Source: Rhizophagus irregularis (taxonomy: Eukaryota). From it: a stretch of 64,000 nt of DNA. Positions 40,085 to 52,000 of the stretch are shown piece after piece. Location: positions 5,332,001 through 5,396,000 of the forward strand of contig NC_089434.1 of NCBI RefSeq assembly GCF_026210795.1, in the 5' to 3' direction. The position numbers and the translations under genes were made by a program. The notes under the pieces are model-generated. The model was not told the DNA's origin. It searched no databases and worked only from the letters and a program-made list of their open reading frames with translations. Within the stretch, counting starts at the first letter, position 1. Each line of letters opens with the position of its first letter.

Positions 40085-40356
40085 ATGTACTATCAATCGT
40101 AAACCTTTACCTTCTATTTTTTTAAACAAGCATCTTTTCTCTTTTAACTTGCTCACAATTCTGTTTTAATATTCTATTACATTATTATACTAGACAAACC
40201 AACCTTTTTCCCCACTTAACCTTACCTCATATATCACCGCAGAAAATGGGTCACCAACGAAACCGAATGCAGTTGAAAAGAGAAACTGGATTTTTTTTTT
40301 TCACTGGACAAAACAACCCAATCAATCAACCCGGATTATCGTGTTTTATTAATTGA
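40085..40356 (+). CDS. 58-aa spliced micro-ORF ending in a CaaX box (CFIN*); exons 40085-40098 and 40194-40356
   Basis: ATG in aatcATG context; 95-nt intron GTAAAC..GCTCAC..TACTAG. Spliced frame is open: MYYQSQTNLFPHLTLPHISPQKMGHQRNRMQLKRETGFFFFTGQNNPINQPGLSCFIN*. Confidence 0.6.
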
Positions 40357-42094
40357 ACGTCTAAAAGATGTTTGATAAATTTTTAATTTGGACAAAAAAA
40401 AAGCTGTCCACTCGGATTTTTAGAATGAAAAAAAAAAAATATTCGGCATTCAGCAACAAATTTTAAATGACTACTCAAATAATTAAGGTCATTAAGGTCA
40501 ATTGCTATGTAAAAAAAAATTCTATTTCTCGTTTTTTATTTTTATTCTTCGCCTTCCTTTTCTTCGTAAAAAATTATTTTTTTCGTTTTTTTTTTCGTAT
40601 TTTCCTCGCGATTTGTACTAAGCTATTTAGATTAATTTACCCGAAATAAAATATGTTGAAAATAATTCAGATTTGCCAGTGTCATTATTTTAAAGTGTGT
40701 TGTGATGTGTGAATAATATTTGCTATGTAAAATCCTATTTGTCGTCTTATTATTTTGTCGCTCGATTAATTTAATCATTCCGACATACAAAGTTTAAGTC
40801 AATTATATTTCATACTTCCAAATAAAGCTCAAGTCTGTAACATTAGAGGATGTGGAATCTTTCTTTTCATTACTTATTCCTCACGAATTACGTTTGATTA
40901 CCTCGCTCCATTTTTAATTATCATGTACTTTTTTTTATCAGGTTTAAAGTCCCGATAGGAAAAATTTTGTCGGAAATCAAACTTCTCTCCCTTAAAATTG
41001 GATTTGTATTAAAGCACATGATTAGTGGTTAATAATTCCGAGTGAATTATTTGCATATTACGCAATTTCATATTTCACGTTCCAAACTTCCAATCTTAAT
41101 ATACAAAAACAAAAGTTTCCAATTTCGAATCTGTCGTACAACAATTTTTTATCTTCCATTTTGCTTCAAGTTCGAAATTCGTGTTGACTCTGTTATCTAA
41201 ATAACTTTCGACTATTGTAATTTCTTTGATTATACATTTATACTAATTATGAGATTCGAGCTAGATGCAAAAATTTTATTATAAAAGGAAGTTATATTAT
41301 GACTTTAATATACCTTTTACCACTTCGAGTTGTTCCCTATCATCGTAATCATCGTAATCATCGTCAAATTTTACATACTGTGATTGATCCTTCTTTCGTT
41401 AATTCTCCTACTGTCATCTCTCCTATTATTTTAGTTGCATCATGTTGCAATATGTCCTAACTGGTTACAATTATAGCATCATACTTCTCTTCTCGATTGT
41501 CAAATTTTGCTTGGCGGTTAAACTTTTATCCGGTATCACGTGATATATTTTTGGCTGAAATAGCCAAATTATATAAACTTTTATACATATCCACCAATCT
41601 GCAAAATGTAAATAATAATTATAACACAAAAAAAAGGATACAGATATTGTATATCATAATTTGACTTTACTGATAGAAAAGAAGCAAATTTGGCCAAATT
41701 TAAAAATTTAAAAATCAGTTTTTTGTAATTATTTTATTATCCAATGATCCAATTTGGCCAATTTTTCTTTTAAATTGTAGCTAATAGCTATTAATAAAAA
41801 TGAACTATACAAAATAAAAAAAAAGTTTATTCAAAACTGATTACTAGATTTAAAATAATTACAAAAAACTAAAATATCAATTTAATAATTTTAATATATT
41901 AAATATTTAATTAACAGATATAGTACAGAATTTATATACTTAAATTACTTATGTATAATAATAATCAATTGATATAAATTTCTAAAAAAAAAGTTTTTTA
42001 TATTAAAATAAAAAATTTAATCAATAATTTGTTTAGGTATACTACCCAGTCTACCCTTCCAAAAGTATCAGGTTAACCAATAAATATAACTAGT

Positions 42095-42345
42095 ATTTAG
42101 TTAGCCATCATTATTTTTAATGTATGCTTCAATTTGGAATGGTATACTTTTAATTCAATTAATATAAGTTTTGGATGGAAATACTTCCTACTCTTCTTGC
42201 AATACTTTTTTAAGTTTATAAAAATTCTTTGGATGTGCAAATCATTTTCAAATAAAGTCATTGTTCAAGTTTATGTTATAAATATTCAATAGGATTAAAG
42301 TCCAGAGATTGGAAAGACCAATCTGGAAGAACTTTAATTATTTTC
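42095..42345 (-). mobile_element. Tc1/mariner (DDE_3) transposase C-terminal remnant
   Basis: KVLPDWSFQSLDFNPIEYL*HKLEQ..HPKNFYKLKKVLQEE*EVFPSKTYIN*IKSIPFQIEAYIKNNDG, a decayed form of WPSQSPDLNPIEHLW..LQEEW..IESMPRRIEACI. Confidence 0.88.
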
Positions 42346-42829
42346 TGTACAATTCAATTTTTAACTTCTCTAATCAACTAGAAATCAGATATCTGATTTT
42401 AAACTGAAATTAGAGATAAAAATTGCCAATTTATTAATTTAAAGAAAATTCTGATTGGCAAGCCAATTTATGCAATTTCATATGATATAAATCATACTGA
42501 CACATATTTTACAGTGACTTTTTTTAATTTATTATTTAATTTACATTACTTAATAAAAAATTTAAATTTAGAATTAGAATTAAAAACTAGAAAAATGATC
42601 ATTTATTAGATTTTTTTAATAATAAAAAATATTGTAATTATATTTACTTGAATCTAAAAATAAATCAAAATTTAAACTAAAATAGAAAATATTGATGTTT
42701 TGTTATGGGAAATATCAAGTGGAAAACTATAATTCAAATATAATATATAAAATTTCAAAAAGCCAAATTATTTAACTTGTTTTATCTTAAATACTATTTC
42801 TAATACTTATAATAATTATTCTAATCATT

Positions 42830-43230
42830 TTCTTCAAATTTTACTTTTAAATATTGTCAAAAAGTACTACTGCTAGCTAATAAATAGAAATATAATTTTT
42901 TCATTAACATTAATTTAGACACATTAAAATAAGTAAGAAACAACAGTGATTTTCTAATTCTTGATCTAATATAAATCAAAAATTTGTCAAATGTCAGAAT
43001 TTTTTCCAGTTACTTTCTTTAAATTTTGCTTTTAAATATTGGCGAAAGGTATCATTATTAGCATATTCCATCACTAAATAACAACAATCATTTTCCAATT
43101 CTTGATCTAAATTTATCAAATGTTTGAATAGAAATTGTCATTTCTTTAAATTTTAAAGAATGCTACTATCAGCATATTCTATCATCAAATAACAATGATT
43201 ATTTTTTGATTCTTGAATTTAAAAATGAAT
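42830..43230 (-). pseudogene. Protein kinase hinge-region fragment, repeated about 3 times
   Basis: CYLMIEYADSSIL; DQELENDCCYLVMEYANNDTFRQYLKAKFKESNWKK; ..QYLKVKF. Matches the LVMEYA..GTLR.YL subdomain V of TKL-type kinases. Confidence 0.7.
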
Positions 43231-45364
43231 CAAATTTTCTATAACAAAAATATCATTATAATATACCTCTTATGAAAACTATTAAAAATAGAGGCTAAAT
43301 TCTTGGAATTGGAAATAGAATTTTCAAGAACTCAATAATCAAGAAAGAATTTTTTTTTCATCTTGTTGTTTGACAGGATTTCCCAAGCATTAGATGAGTC
43401 ATTTGATGAACTGACTTTTTCTAACAAGAGTTGTCTAGTCGCAAAGCACCTGAATTTTCTCCTTATAATAATATTAGAAAATCACAAACGATTATATCAG
43501 GAGTCTTGAGTTTGAATATGACTCCTGAATTCTTTTTACGGCATTTAGGCCAATTGAGATTAAAGTTTGTAATGCTCCAATTGGACACATTAAAAGAGAA
43601 ATAGGAAATTAAAGGTAGATTAGATAAGAAGATTAAGAGAATGATTAGATGCATTAGGTGTAATAGTGTGAAGAAATTATAGATGACTATTTTCTTGCAA
43701 TAAATAATTATTAATATATTTTAAATTTAATAACAAAATTTTGAATTATTGAAAGTGATGGATTTATTTAAATGTTTACTATGTTTAATATAATTAAAAA
43801 TGGTTGAAGGTGAGAAGGCATCTCTTTTATAAGTAATCCAACAATCAAAAAAATGTGATTTATAAAATATATTATTTGTAAAAGGTTTTGATTATGTTTT
43901 ATTGAGGCCAATAAAATTTAATTACAAGAAAAATAGAAAAACTAAAAGAATTTCTTTTTATTCATTGTTTCAAATTTGTTATGAAACAAAGTAAAAGCCA
44001 AACTTTCCTTTCAATTTTGTACCTTTTTTAGATCTTTTGAAATCATGGTTATTTTTTTCTAATTTATGTGGGTCGTACAATTAAACTGTTTAAATACAAA
44101 TAAAGTTTTAAAATTAGTAAAAATAATACCAAATATTTGATCTCTAATATTCTTTAAATAATTTAATTTCTTCAGGTAATTACAACATAATTCCGTCTAA
44201 CTTTAAATATCCGCTTCATAATCCCTTAAATTTGTGTTAATAAAAAATATATTATTCATTTACAGTATGAAACAAACAATTTTCATACTGAAAGTCAACC
44301 GATTCTCGTACTTCATGTACGTAATTTTTAATCAATAATTTAAATATAGTAATATTTATACCAATGTCGCGATTATAAAAAAATATGCAGGTTATCAAAT
44401 GATGCATCACGGTATTCCCACCAACTTACAAACTTGGAACTTTGATCATCCAAAACTCCATTTAACAAGTCAACGCTCATGATAGTGTTACACCGATTTG
44501 ATGTAAGACGTCAGGTAGTAGCAGAAAATAAATAAGGATCGGACGATAGACAAATAACGTTAAAAGCGGTAGGTAAATTAAGGTCAATAGGGAACAATCG
44601 ATAAATGATCAAGGATGTAATTAAAATGTATATATAAAAGATAATAAACAAATAATAATAAAATAAACAAGTGATATATATGAGAAAATTAGTAAGCAAT
44701 GATAAAAACGATATGTGGTTTTATAAATTGATAACAATCGCAATATGACTTTTACACGATAACAAAGTTTATTAAGAAATCGAAAATGATCAGCGGGTGT
44801 CTTTATTAACAAATAAAAGAAATACAATATCACTGCCTCCTTCGGCGCCTATCTCTATGTTAATACCAAAATCACACACATTCATCGCGTTCTAAATCTT
44901 ATAACATCTCAAAACCTGGGACAATTATGTTCAAAGAACAATTTTGTCCTCGGACAATGTTGCCCTCCGGCCAATTTTGTCGATCAGCCAATTTTGGCCT
45001 AATAAGCCTCAACCGGAACTTTCCCAGCCACTCATTAACTAATCATCCGATTCCCGTCATTAGACAAATAACCCAAAATAAATTATATATAAAAATAAAC
45101 TATACTATATTATAAAATAACCTAAATTAAACCTAAAAAAAAAACTAAACTAAAAATTTCGTAACAAATGCATACAAAAAACTTTGATTATAAAAAAAAA
45201 GGTTTTTTATGTCCTTTTATTGCGTTTCAAAACTTAGTTAATTTAGGGCTCAATAGACAACAATCGATATGAAAAATATGACATACTTGGCATACTAAAA
45301 ATCTTGCCTTTACTAATAATAAAAAGTACTAATCTTGAATGATACTTTTTACGGAAACAACGTG

Positions 45365-45430
45365 AATATCGATAATCTACTCTTGTAATATCGATAATCT
45401 ATTCTTGTAATATCGATAATCTACTCTTGT
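45365..45430. repeat. 22-bp tandem repeat x3
   Basis: AATATCGATAATCTA(C/T)TCTTGT at 45365, 45387 and 45409. Confidence 0.95.
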
Positions 45431-46394
45431 TGACCGTATTTGGTACTTGATATACCGATTCTTTGGTATATGATCTGCACACAGAGCCGAAGCTCTTCTT
45501 CATGTTGGATTTTCTGTTTTATACTAGAAAAGCAAAATTTTCAAATAGCAAAATAGCAAACCGCACAAATTATCCATTATAACTTATAATCGTTTTTTTT
45601 CAAAAATCATTCTTCCTGAATTTTTTTTTAAAAAATTTCCACGCCCGTTTTTTTTTATTACATTTTAATTTTAATTTTATGTAGCGAAAATCACGTGATT
45701 GTGGAAACCAGTGTTTGCTGAATATCTACGCATATTACGCTTATCAGTGCTTTTGTTTTATTTTTTTCTTACTTCTCCTTTTTGACCATACATGACTTGG
45801 CCCTCTTACGGTTCAAGAAGGAGGGTCAAGTCGTCTTTTTTCTTATTATTTGAAAGTTCACTTTTAACAATCGACATGAGGTATGTTGTTTAAAAATTTT
45901 AAATGTTACTTAATGTTACTTCCAGATGGTCTTTTTTTTAAAAAAAATTATATATATGTATTTATTTTCTAACTGTTTTAATGGTCTTTTTTTTTCAGTA
46001 CAAAAATGTCTTTTGCGCTTTGGTAGTTTGGTTTAACTAAATTAGGTTCTTTACTTGTTGTCCCCAGACCTACCCTTACTTTATTATAACGAGTTCAATA
46101 GTTTTATTTATTCATTAACTTTAGACACTTTTTGGTAGTATAGTAATATTCCTTTTAACAATGACATAATTAACATGAATAACGTATAAATATATTATAC
46201 GTTTGTCGAATGGGAAAGAAATCTAATATCCAGAAGAAAAAATTTTAACTCTTAATACTTTTAAAATACACATTTTTATATTCATCTTATATTTCTTTAT
46301 ATCATCTTTAATCTTTATTAAGACTACACAAGTTTTGTTATAATTGATGAAATTTGATAATTAATTATTCATTAAACAATGAACATATTGACGT

Positions 46395-46517
46395 ACTTTT
46401 ACGTCTAATGGTAATACCATCGATGTAAGAACCTATTTCCAAACCGCGCACAATATGCGATGCGTTATTGTAAGAAGAAACATTTTCCTTCCTCTTGAAG
46501 TCTGCGACGTAATTCCG
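46395..46517 (+). pseudogene. Argonaute PAZ-domain fragment
   Basis: TFTSNGNTIDVRTYFQTAHNMR-CVIVRRNIFLPLEVCDVIP followed by a GT. Matches PAZ (V..YF...Y...L.YP.LPC......YLP.EVC.V), with the L.YP.LP segment deleted in frame. Confidence 0.9.
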
Positions 46518-46539
46518 GTATAACAAAAACAATTAACAA

Positions 46540-49040
46540 CAATCGCTTGGTAACTACAATAATGAATCAGTTAGGCAATGTTACAAGCACAAAAATATCA
46601 CAAGGGCTCTCTCATTTTTGGTAAATTTCTCCTTTAACAATTAACATAGTGTTATTTAAAATTTTTACATGTTTCTTTACATTTTTAAAGAAATAGGATC
46701 TTTATATTCCTAATTATTTTAATTATTTAATAATTTTTTTTTTCCATAGAGAAATATTTATACCTGGCGTACCCGCCGAAACATTTCCCGTTTAACAAGG
46801 GACGTAAATAACGTAATTTATTGAAGATGGACGAAAGAATAGAACCACTATAACGTAAAATCAACCCAAGAATTTTTATTTTTTATTTGACAACAAGCAA
46901 TTGATTTGGTCAACATATTGGACTAAATTCTGTTGAGGCTTTCAAAAAAAATATATATATGTATATATATTTTTTATTTACCGAATTTTGCAGTATATAA
47001 GCACACGTTTTTGCACTTAATGCCGGCCAAGATCCTCATAATTCTGGCCAAAATAGCCAGGAGTGATTATTTTTGGGGGTGCTTAATTTTGGGGGTGCAT
47101 TTTAGTCAATGCAAAGCAAATTGACTTGTTTTTGGGGGTGTATTTTAGTCAAGCAAATTGACTTATTTTTGGGGGTACTTAATTTTGGGGGTGCATTTTA
47201 GTCAAAGCAAATTGACTTATATGTGGGGGTACTTAATTTTGGGGGTGCATTTTAGTCAAAACAAATTGACTTATTTTTGGGGGTGCATTTTAGTCAAAAC
47301 AAATTGACTTATTTTTGGGGGTGCATTTTAGTCAAAACAAATTGACTTATTTTTGGGGGTGTATTTTAGTCAAAGCAAATTGACTTATTTTTGGGGGTGC
47401 ATTTTAGTCAAAGAAAATTGACTTATTTGTGGGGGTGTTTATTTTTGGGGGTGCATATTAGTCAAAGGCTCAAAGCAATTGACTTATTTTTGGGGGTGCT
47501 AATTAAGAATTTTAGTCAAAGCAAATTTGACTTATTTGTGGGGGTGCTTATTTTTGGGGGTGCTTACTAACAGCATGGCGGACATGCTTATATCACCTTA
47601 CCAATCATTTGCCGATCACATAATTCATGATTTAAAATTTATTGCAATATATGATAATTCATAATTTTTTGCCAATCATCAGACAAAATTTGATGGGCAG
47701 AAATGAATATGCATGGGCAAAACTCAAAACTTTGCTTATATTATGTAGAATCTATAAAAAAAATAATGCAGTGATCTGATTCATAATGCAGGTTTTTTAT
47801 TAGTAATATTTAGTGAATAATTTCATAAAATGAATAAATATATGCCAAATAATAATAAAAAAAAGTTTTTAATGAAATTTAATATATAATAAATTAAAAC
47901 CAAATTTAAGTTATTTGTGAAATTCGAGCATATAAATTTTTTTAGCAACGGTATTTATATTATGTAATATAATTGAATAAATGATCGACAAATGATCATC
48001 AGTATTGTGATAAATAGGGATGTCCGCTATGCTGCAAAATACGGTATTTAAAAGCTTTGGACGATAATCGCTTGGTAGTTTGGACCGAGTGAAAAAATCG
48101 ATCTAGACCAGCAAAATTCTGGTGCTTTTGCCTTTCTTCTTTTTGTCTTTCATGTTTAACGATCAACAAGAGGTAAATTTGCGATGATGTATTTTGCCTG
48201 CCCTTTGTTAGCAATCTATTAAAAAAGAAAATAAACGCCTAAAGTCAATTCTAAAGTCGTCCAGTGAGTACAACCAAGAAAGTTACGTACGTCCAGTTCC
48301 TGGTGTATTTAAATGTCTTTGTTTTAATGAAATAATATCTTTATATTTATTTTTTTTCAATATAGAAATATCTGTACCTGGTGTACCTGGCTATCTTTCT
48401 CATACATGTTCAATTATATTCCTTTTAACAAGGGTATAATTAACGTAAATACTGTAATTACACAATTATTATTTATTAGTCAAACCCTTCTATAGTTACC
48501 TTTATAAAATTCCCCTTTATAAGTATAGTCATATATCATATGACTTTTTTATAATTACACTTATTTTTTTTGTCCAAGAGTACGAGAGGAAATGAAAATT
48601 TATTTATTGAAAAGAAATGAGTTATAGTATATCAACTTTTTATTTGAAGTCCGGTTACGACCCGATTTCCGACGGATGATTTAAGAGTTATGCAGAGTTA
48701 TTACACTAAACACGCTGTCGGGAAAAATGTCCTGTAAGCGCAACCGAAAGGAATTTGTCAGCAAATTATAATTCTTAATTTGCTTGGTAGTTTGGGCCAA
48801 GATCGATATAAACCTGAAAATATCACAAGAACTTTTTTCTTCTCACATTAAAAATTGAGGTAAATTTTTAAAATGTTTCTTTTTTTTTTAAAAAAAAATG
48901 ATCTTTACATTTCTAATTATTAATTTTTTCTTTCATTAAAGAAATATTTATACCTGACGCACCTGCCAAAATCCGCCAGGCATCCCCTCTCGAGTATTTT
49001 TTTAATTATACTCGTTTGATTAACGTACATAACGTAGTAG
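46540..49040 (+). pseudogene. Three degenerate copies of a two-exon coding module of unknown family
   Basis: Recurring (c/t)gcttggta..|gtaaat donor exon (~46545, ~48070, ~48781) and ag|..aaatat.t.tacctg acceptor exon (~46750, ~48365, ~48940: EIFIPGVPAE, EISVPGVPG, EIFIPDAPAK). Confidence 0.5.
47067..47565. repeat. 38-bp minisatellite (about 10 units) with G5 tracts and an internal palindrome
   Basis: Unit TTATTTTTGGGGGTGCATTTTAGTCAAAACAAATTGAC. Some units carry an extra gggggt.cttaatttt sub-block. Confidence 0.95.
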
Positions 49041-52000
49041 AAAATCTAAGCATTGCCAATTAAAATTTAGCAATGATACTTGCGTCATCTAAGGAAAAAT
49101 ATCTATATTTCTCACATTTTTTGTAACACGTGGTATGTTATTTAAATTTTTAGATAAAAAAAAATTGTTACTTTCGATCAAGTGATTAACTCCGTTGTTT
49201 TTGCCTATTAAATGATTAGAAACGTGAGGGTAAATCACATGTTCCATTATGTTAGAAAAAATTGAGACATATATAAGCTGGGGCGTATGGACGTAGAAAC
49301 GGGAAACGGGAAAGGACGAGAGCGCCGCGTGCGCTTTGTTAGCAAAAACGTCAATGTCAAAAAAGAAAGTAAGGTTACAAGAGGCTATTAAACCCCTGAA
49401 GTCAATTCTAAAGTCGTATCATATCAGAATATTTCCGCCGATCTGTACAACGGGACATTTTATAAGGGAGCATTGTAAATTTGACTAAGTTTACGATGAA
49501 AGATCTAATTGGTACGAAAATTTTGAATTAACAAGTAACAACATTCGAGCTAGGACTTGATGACTTCTCAGGTAATGCTTCGATCCGGGTGAAATCCGTC
49601 ATCTAAATTAATGATTTAATCTGAATGAAAGAAAATTATAAGAAAATCACCAATCAATATTGTTGTTATTAAATTCTTTTTTAACTCCAAGATAACTCAA
49701 CTCCAGCAATTGTTAAATCAACACTAATTAAACTAAAAAGGCTGTAAAGAAAATGAAAGCAGAGATCTTGAAAAAAAAAAATATATATATATATTTTTGT
49801 ATATACACAGTAAAAACTTTTAATTGATTTTACTTTAATATAAGGTAAATTTAAACTTTTTTTTGAGTTAAGAAGAGTATTTATCTTAGAATGTTAATAT
49901 ATTTTTTTTTTTAATCCAGGGATTTAATTAGTAAATTTCTTAATAGTGTTAAATGGTTTTTTATGTTCTCAATGGTTGGATACTTCTGCATTGAATACTA
50001 AAAGAATTTTAGCAATTGAGGGAATCGTCGGTTTAATTGAGATATCAACAATTGTTAAATTCGTAAATGCAAACTACCACAAACATATGAATATTACCAA
50101 CTACAACTATCCTCACCCCTATATTCAAAAGAAAGAATAATACCATCGATTTAGGCGGGCTGAATTTTCACATCTCAGTTCCGACTAAAAATGAAAAAGA
50201 TGAAATATTAGATTCATTAAAATTAATAAAAAAAAAATATGGATTTCCGATTTCTTACCAAGAAAAATATTTGATTTCCTACCAAATTCACGTCCATACT
50301 CGTCTAAAAAAAAGGAAAGGAGAGTGAAAAGGGAAGGGGAGAACGAAAGAGAATGGGGAAAAATGAAATGAATAGGGAAGGGGAAATCATTTAGCGGCAT
50401 ATTTCTTAAACACTTACAAATGAGCGTTTAATCTATCCTTGCGTCGTTACAAGGAAAATTTTCTACCTCTCATCAGTTAGTTTCATCCATTTTCCAAATC
50501 TTTAATACCTTGACAAAGCTTTAATCCAAAAAAATTTTCAAAAATTATTTTTTCTAAAAATCTTCTCAAATGACTGTTGTAGATTGAATATTTTTAATAA
50601 TTACTATAATATTAAAAATTTTAAGTTTACTAAATTTAATCCAAAAAAAACCAGGCGTGGAAGAGCATCTTGGAGTGGAATGACAGGAGGTGTTCGACCA
50701 AAAATGTGATGGAAGATTAGGAATTTTGCGAAGTCCAATGAGGTTGACAGCGTCACAGATTGTGTCCTGAAAGACTTTATGTTTTCTCGTAGAATATTTA
50801 GCATCGTTCAGCAGTACAGCGGCTTTGAAGTTTAGGAGCATATATTCATAATGGTGGTCCTTCATTTTTTACTTTACTATACCTATACCTGCTGTTTCTT
50901 ATCATGTAATCTTTTAATGATATTCCTTTGATGTAATTAACATAATTAATATAATTAATGTATTAGTATTGTTTGGGAATTGAAAATAGGAAACTCAAAC
51001 TTGTTTTTACCTTTTAAAAACTATTATGTTCTATATGATGATATGGTTTTATATAATGAATCAGTTAATATTCAAAAGAAAATTTTAAAATAAAATACTT
51101 AATGAAGAGTTTTGCTAACTTGCCTTCTGGGTTAAATAACTTGGGTTAAATCACCCCCTAAAATTTATCAATAATTTTTTTTTAAAAAAAATTTATTTGT
51201 TATTATTCATTTCACTTTATATAGATTTTATTTATTTGAATATTATAGATAGAGTATAATGATCAAGTTTTCTTACATTTTGACAATGTCTCATTTTTTA
51301 TTGTAATCATAATTTACATTTTTTTTTGAAAATTCGGGCAAAATTATATAACTGATTGTATAAAAATTTACTAATAGGTTAAATTATTCTGATTAAATCA
51401 CCTTGGGTTAAAACTAGTCTTATATCTTAATGAAAATAAAATTTAAGTATTTTGGTTATGCAGCTTAATAAAGAAAATAAAGAAAATGACATTATTATAT
51501 GACAAATCATCTGATTATACTAATTAAAAGTCTAGAAAAATAGTGTATTTATGTTGTATATTTGAAATTGATCAAAAAAGAATTAAGGATTTAAAAATCA
51601 AGAATATGTTAAACTGAATTTTATATTGTTTTTTCTTAAAAACAATTTTTATAGGAATTTCAAAGTTAGCTGCTAGTTTTTTTTTTATAAATAAAAAATA
51701 GATAATTTAAAAAATTAAAATTTTCAATTTATTAAAAAAAAGAAACAAAAAATACATTTTTTTAATAAAGAAATTTTTAATGAAAAGTTTTTCTTATCAA
51801 AGAAATTCTAACCCATCTTTTTAATTAACTAAAATAAAAAAACAATTTCCAGTTTTTTTTTTTAATAATATAAAAAACTAATTGTTAGTTTTTTAATATA
51901 GAAAATACCAATTTTTGGTTTTTTTTAAAAAAAATCAAATAAAAAATGATTGTAAATTAAAACATTTAAAATATTTTGATAAAAAAAAAATGTTTTTTAT

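Noticed and set aside
10749..46517. A single large spliced Argonaute gene
   Set aside because: Domain order is wrong (PIWI precedes L1/PAZ), the pieces have stops, frameshifts or deletions, and unrelated intact genes lie between them.
47067..47565. CRISPR-like array of ~38-bp partly palindromic repeats
   Set aside because: Units are head-to-tail with no unique spacers, there are no cas genes, and the context is eukaryotic.
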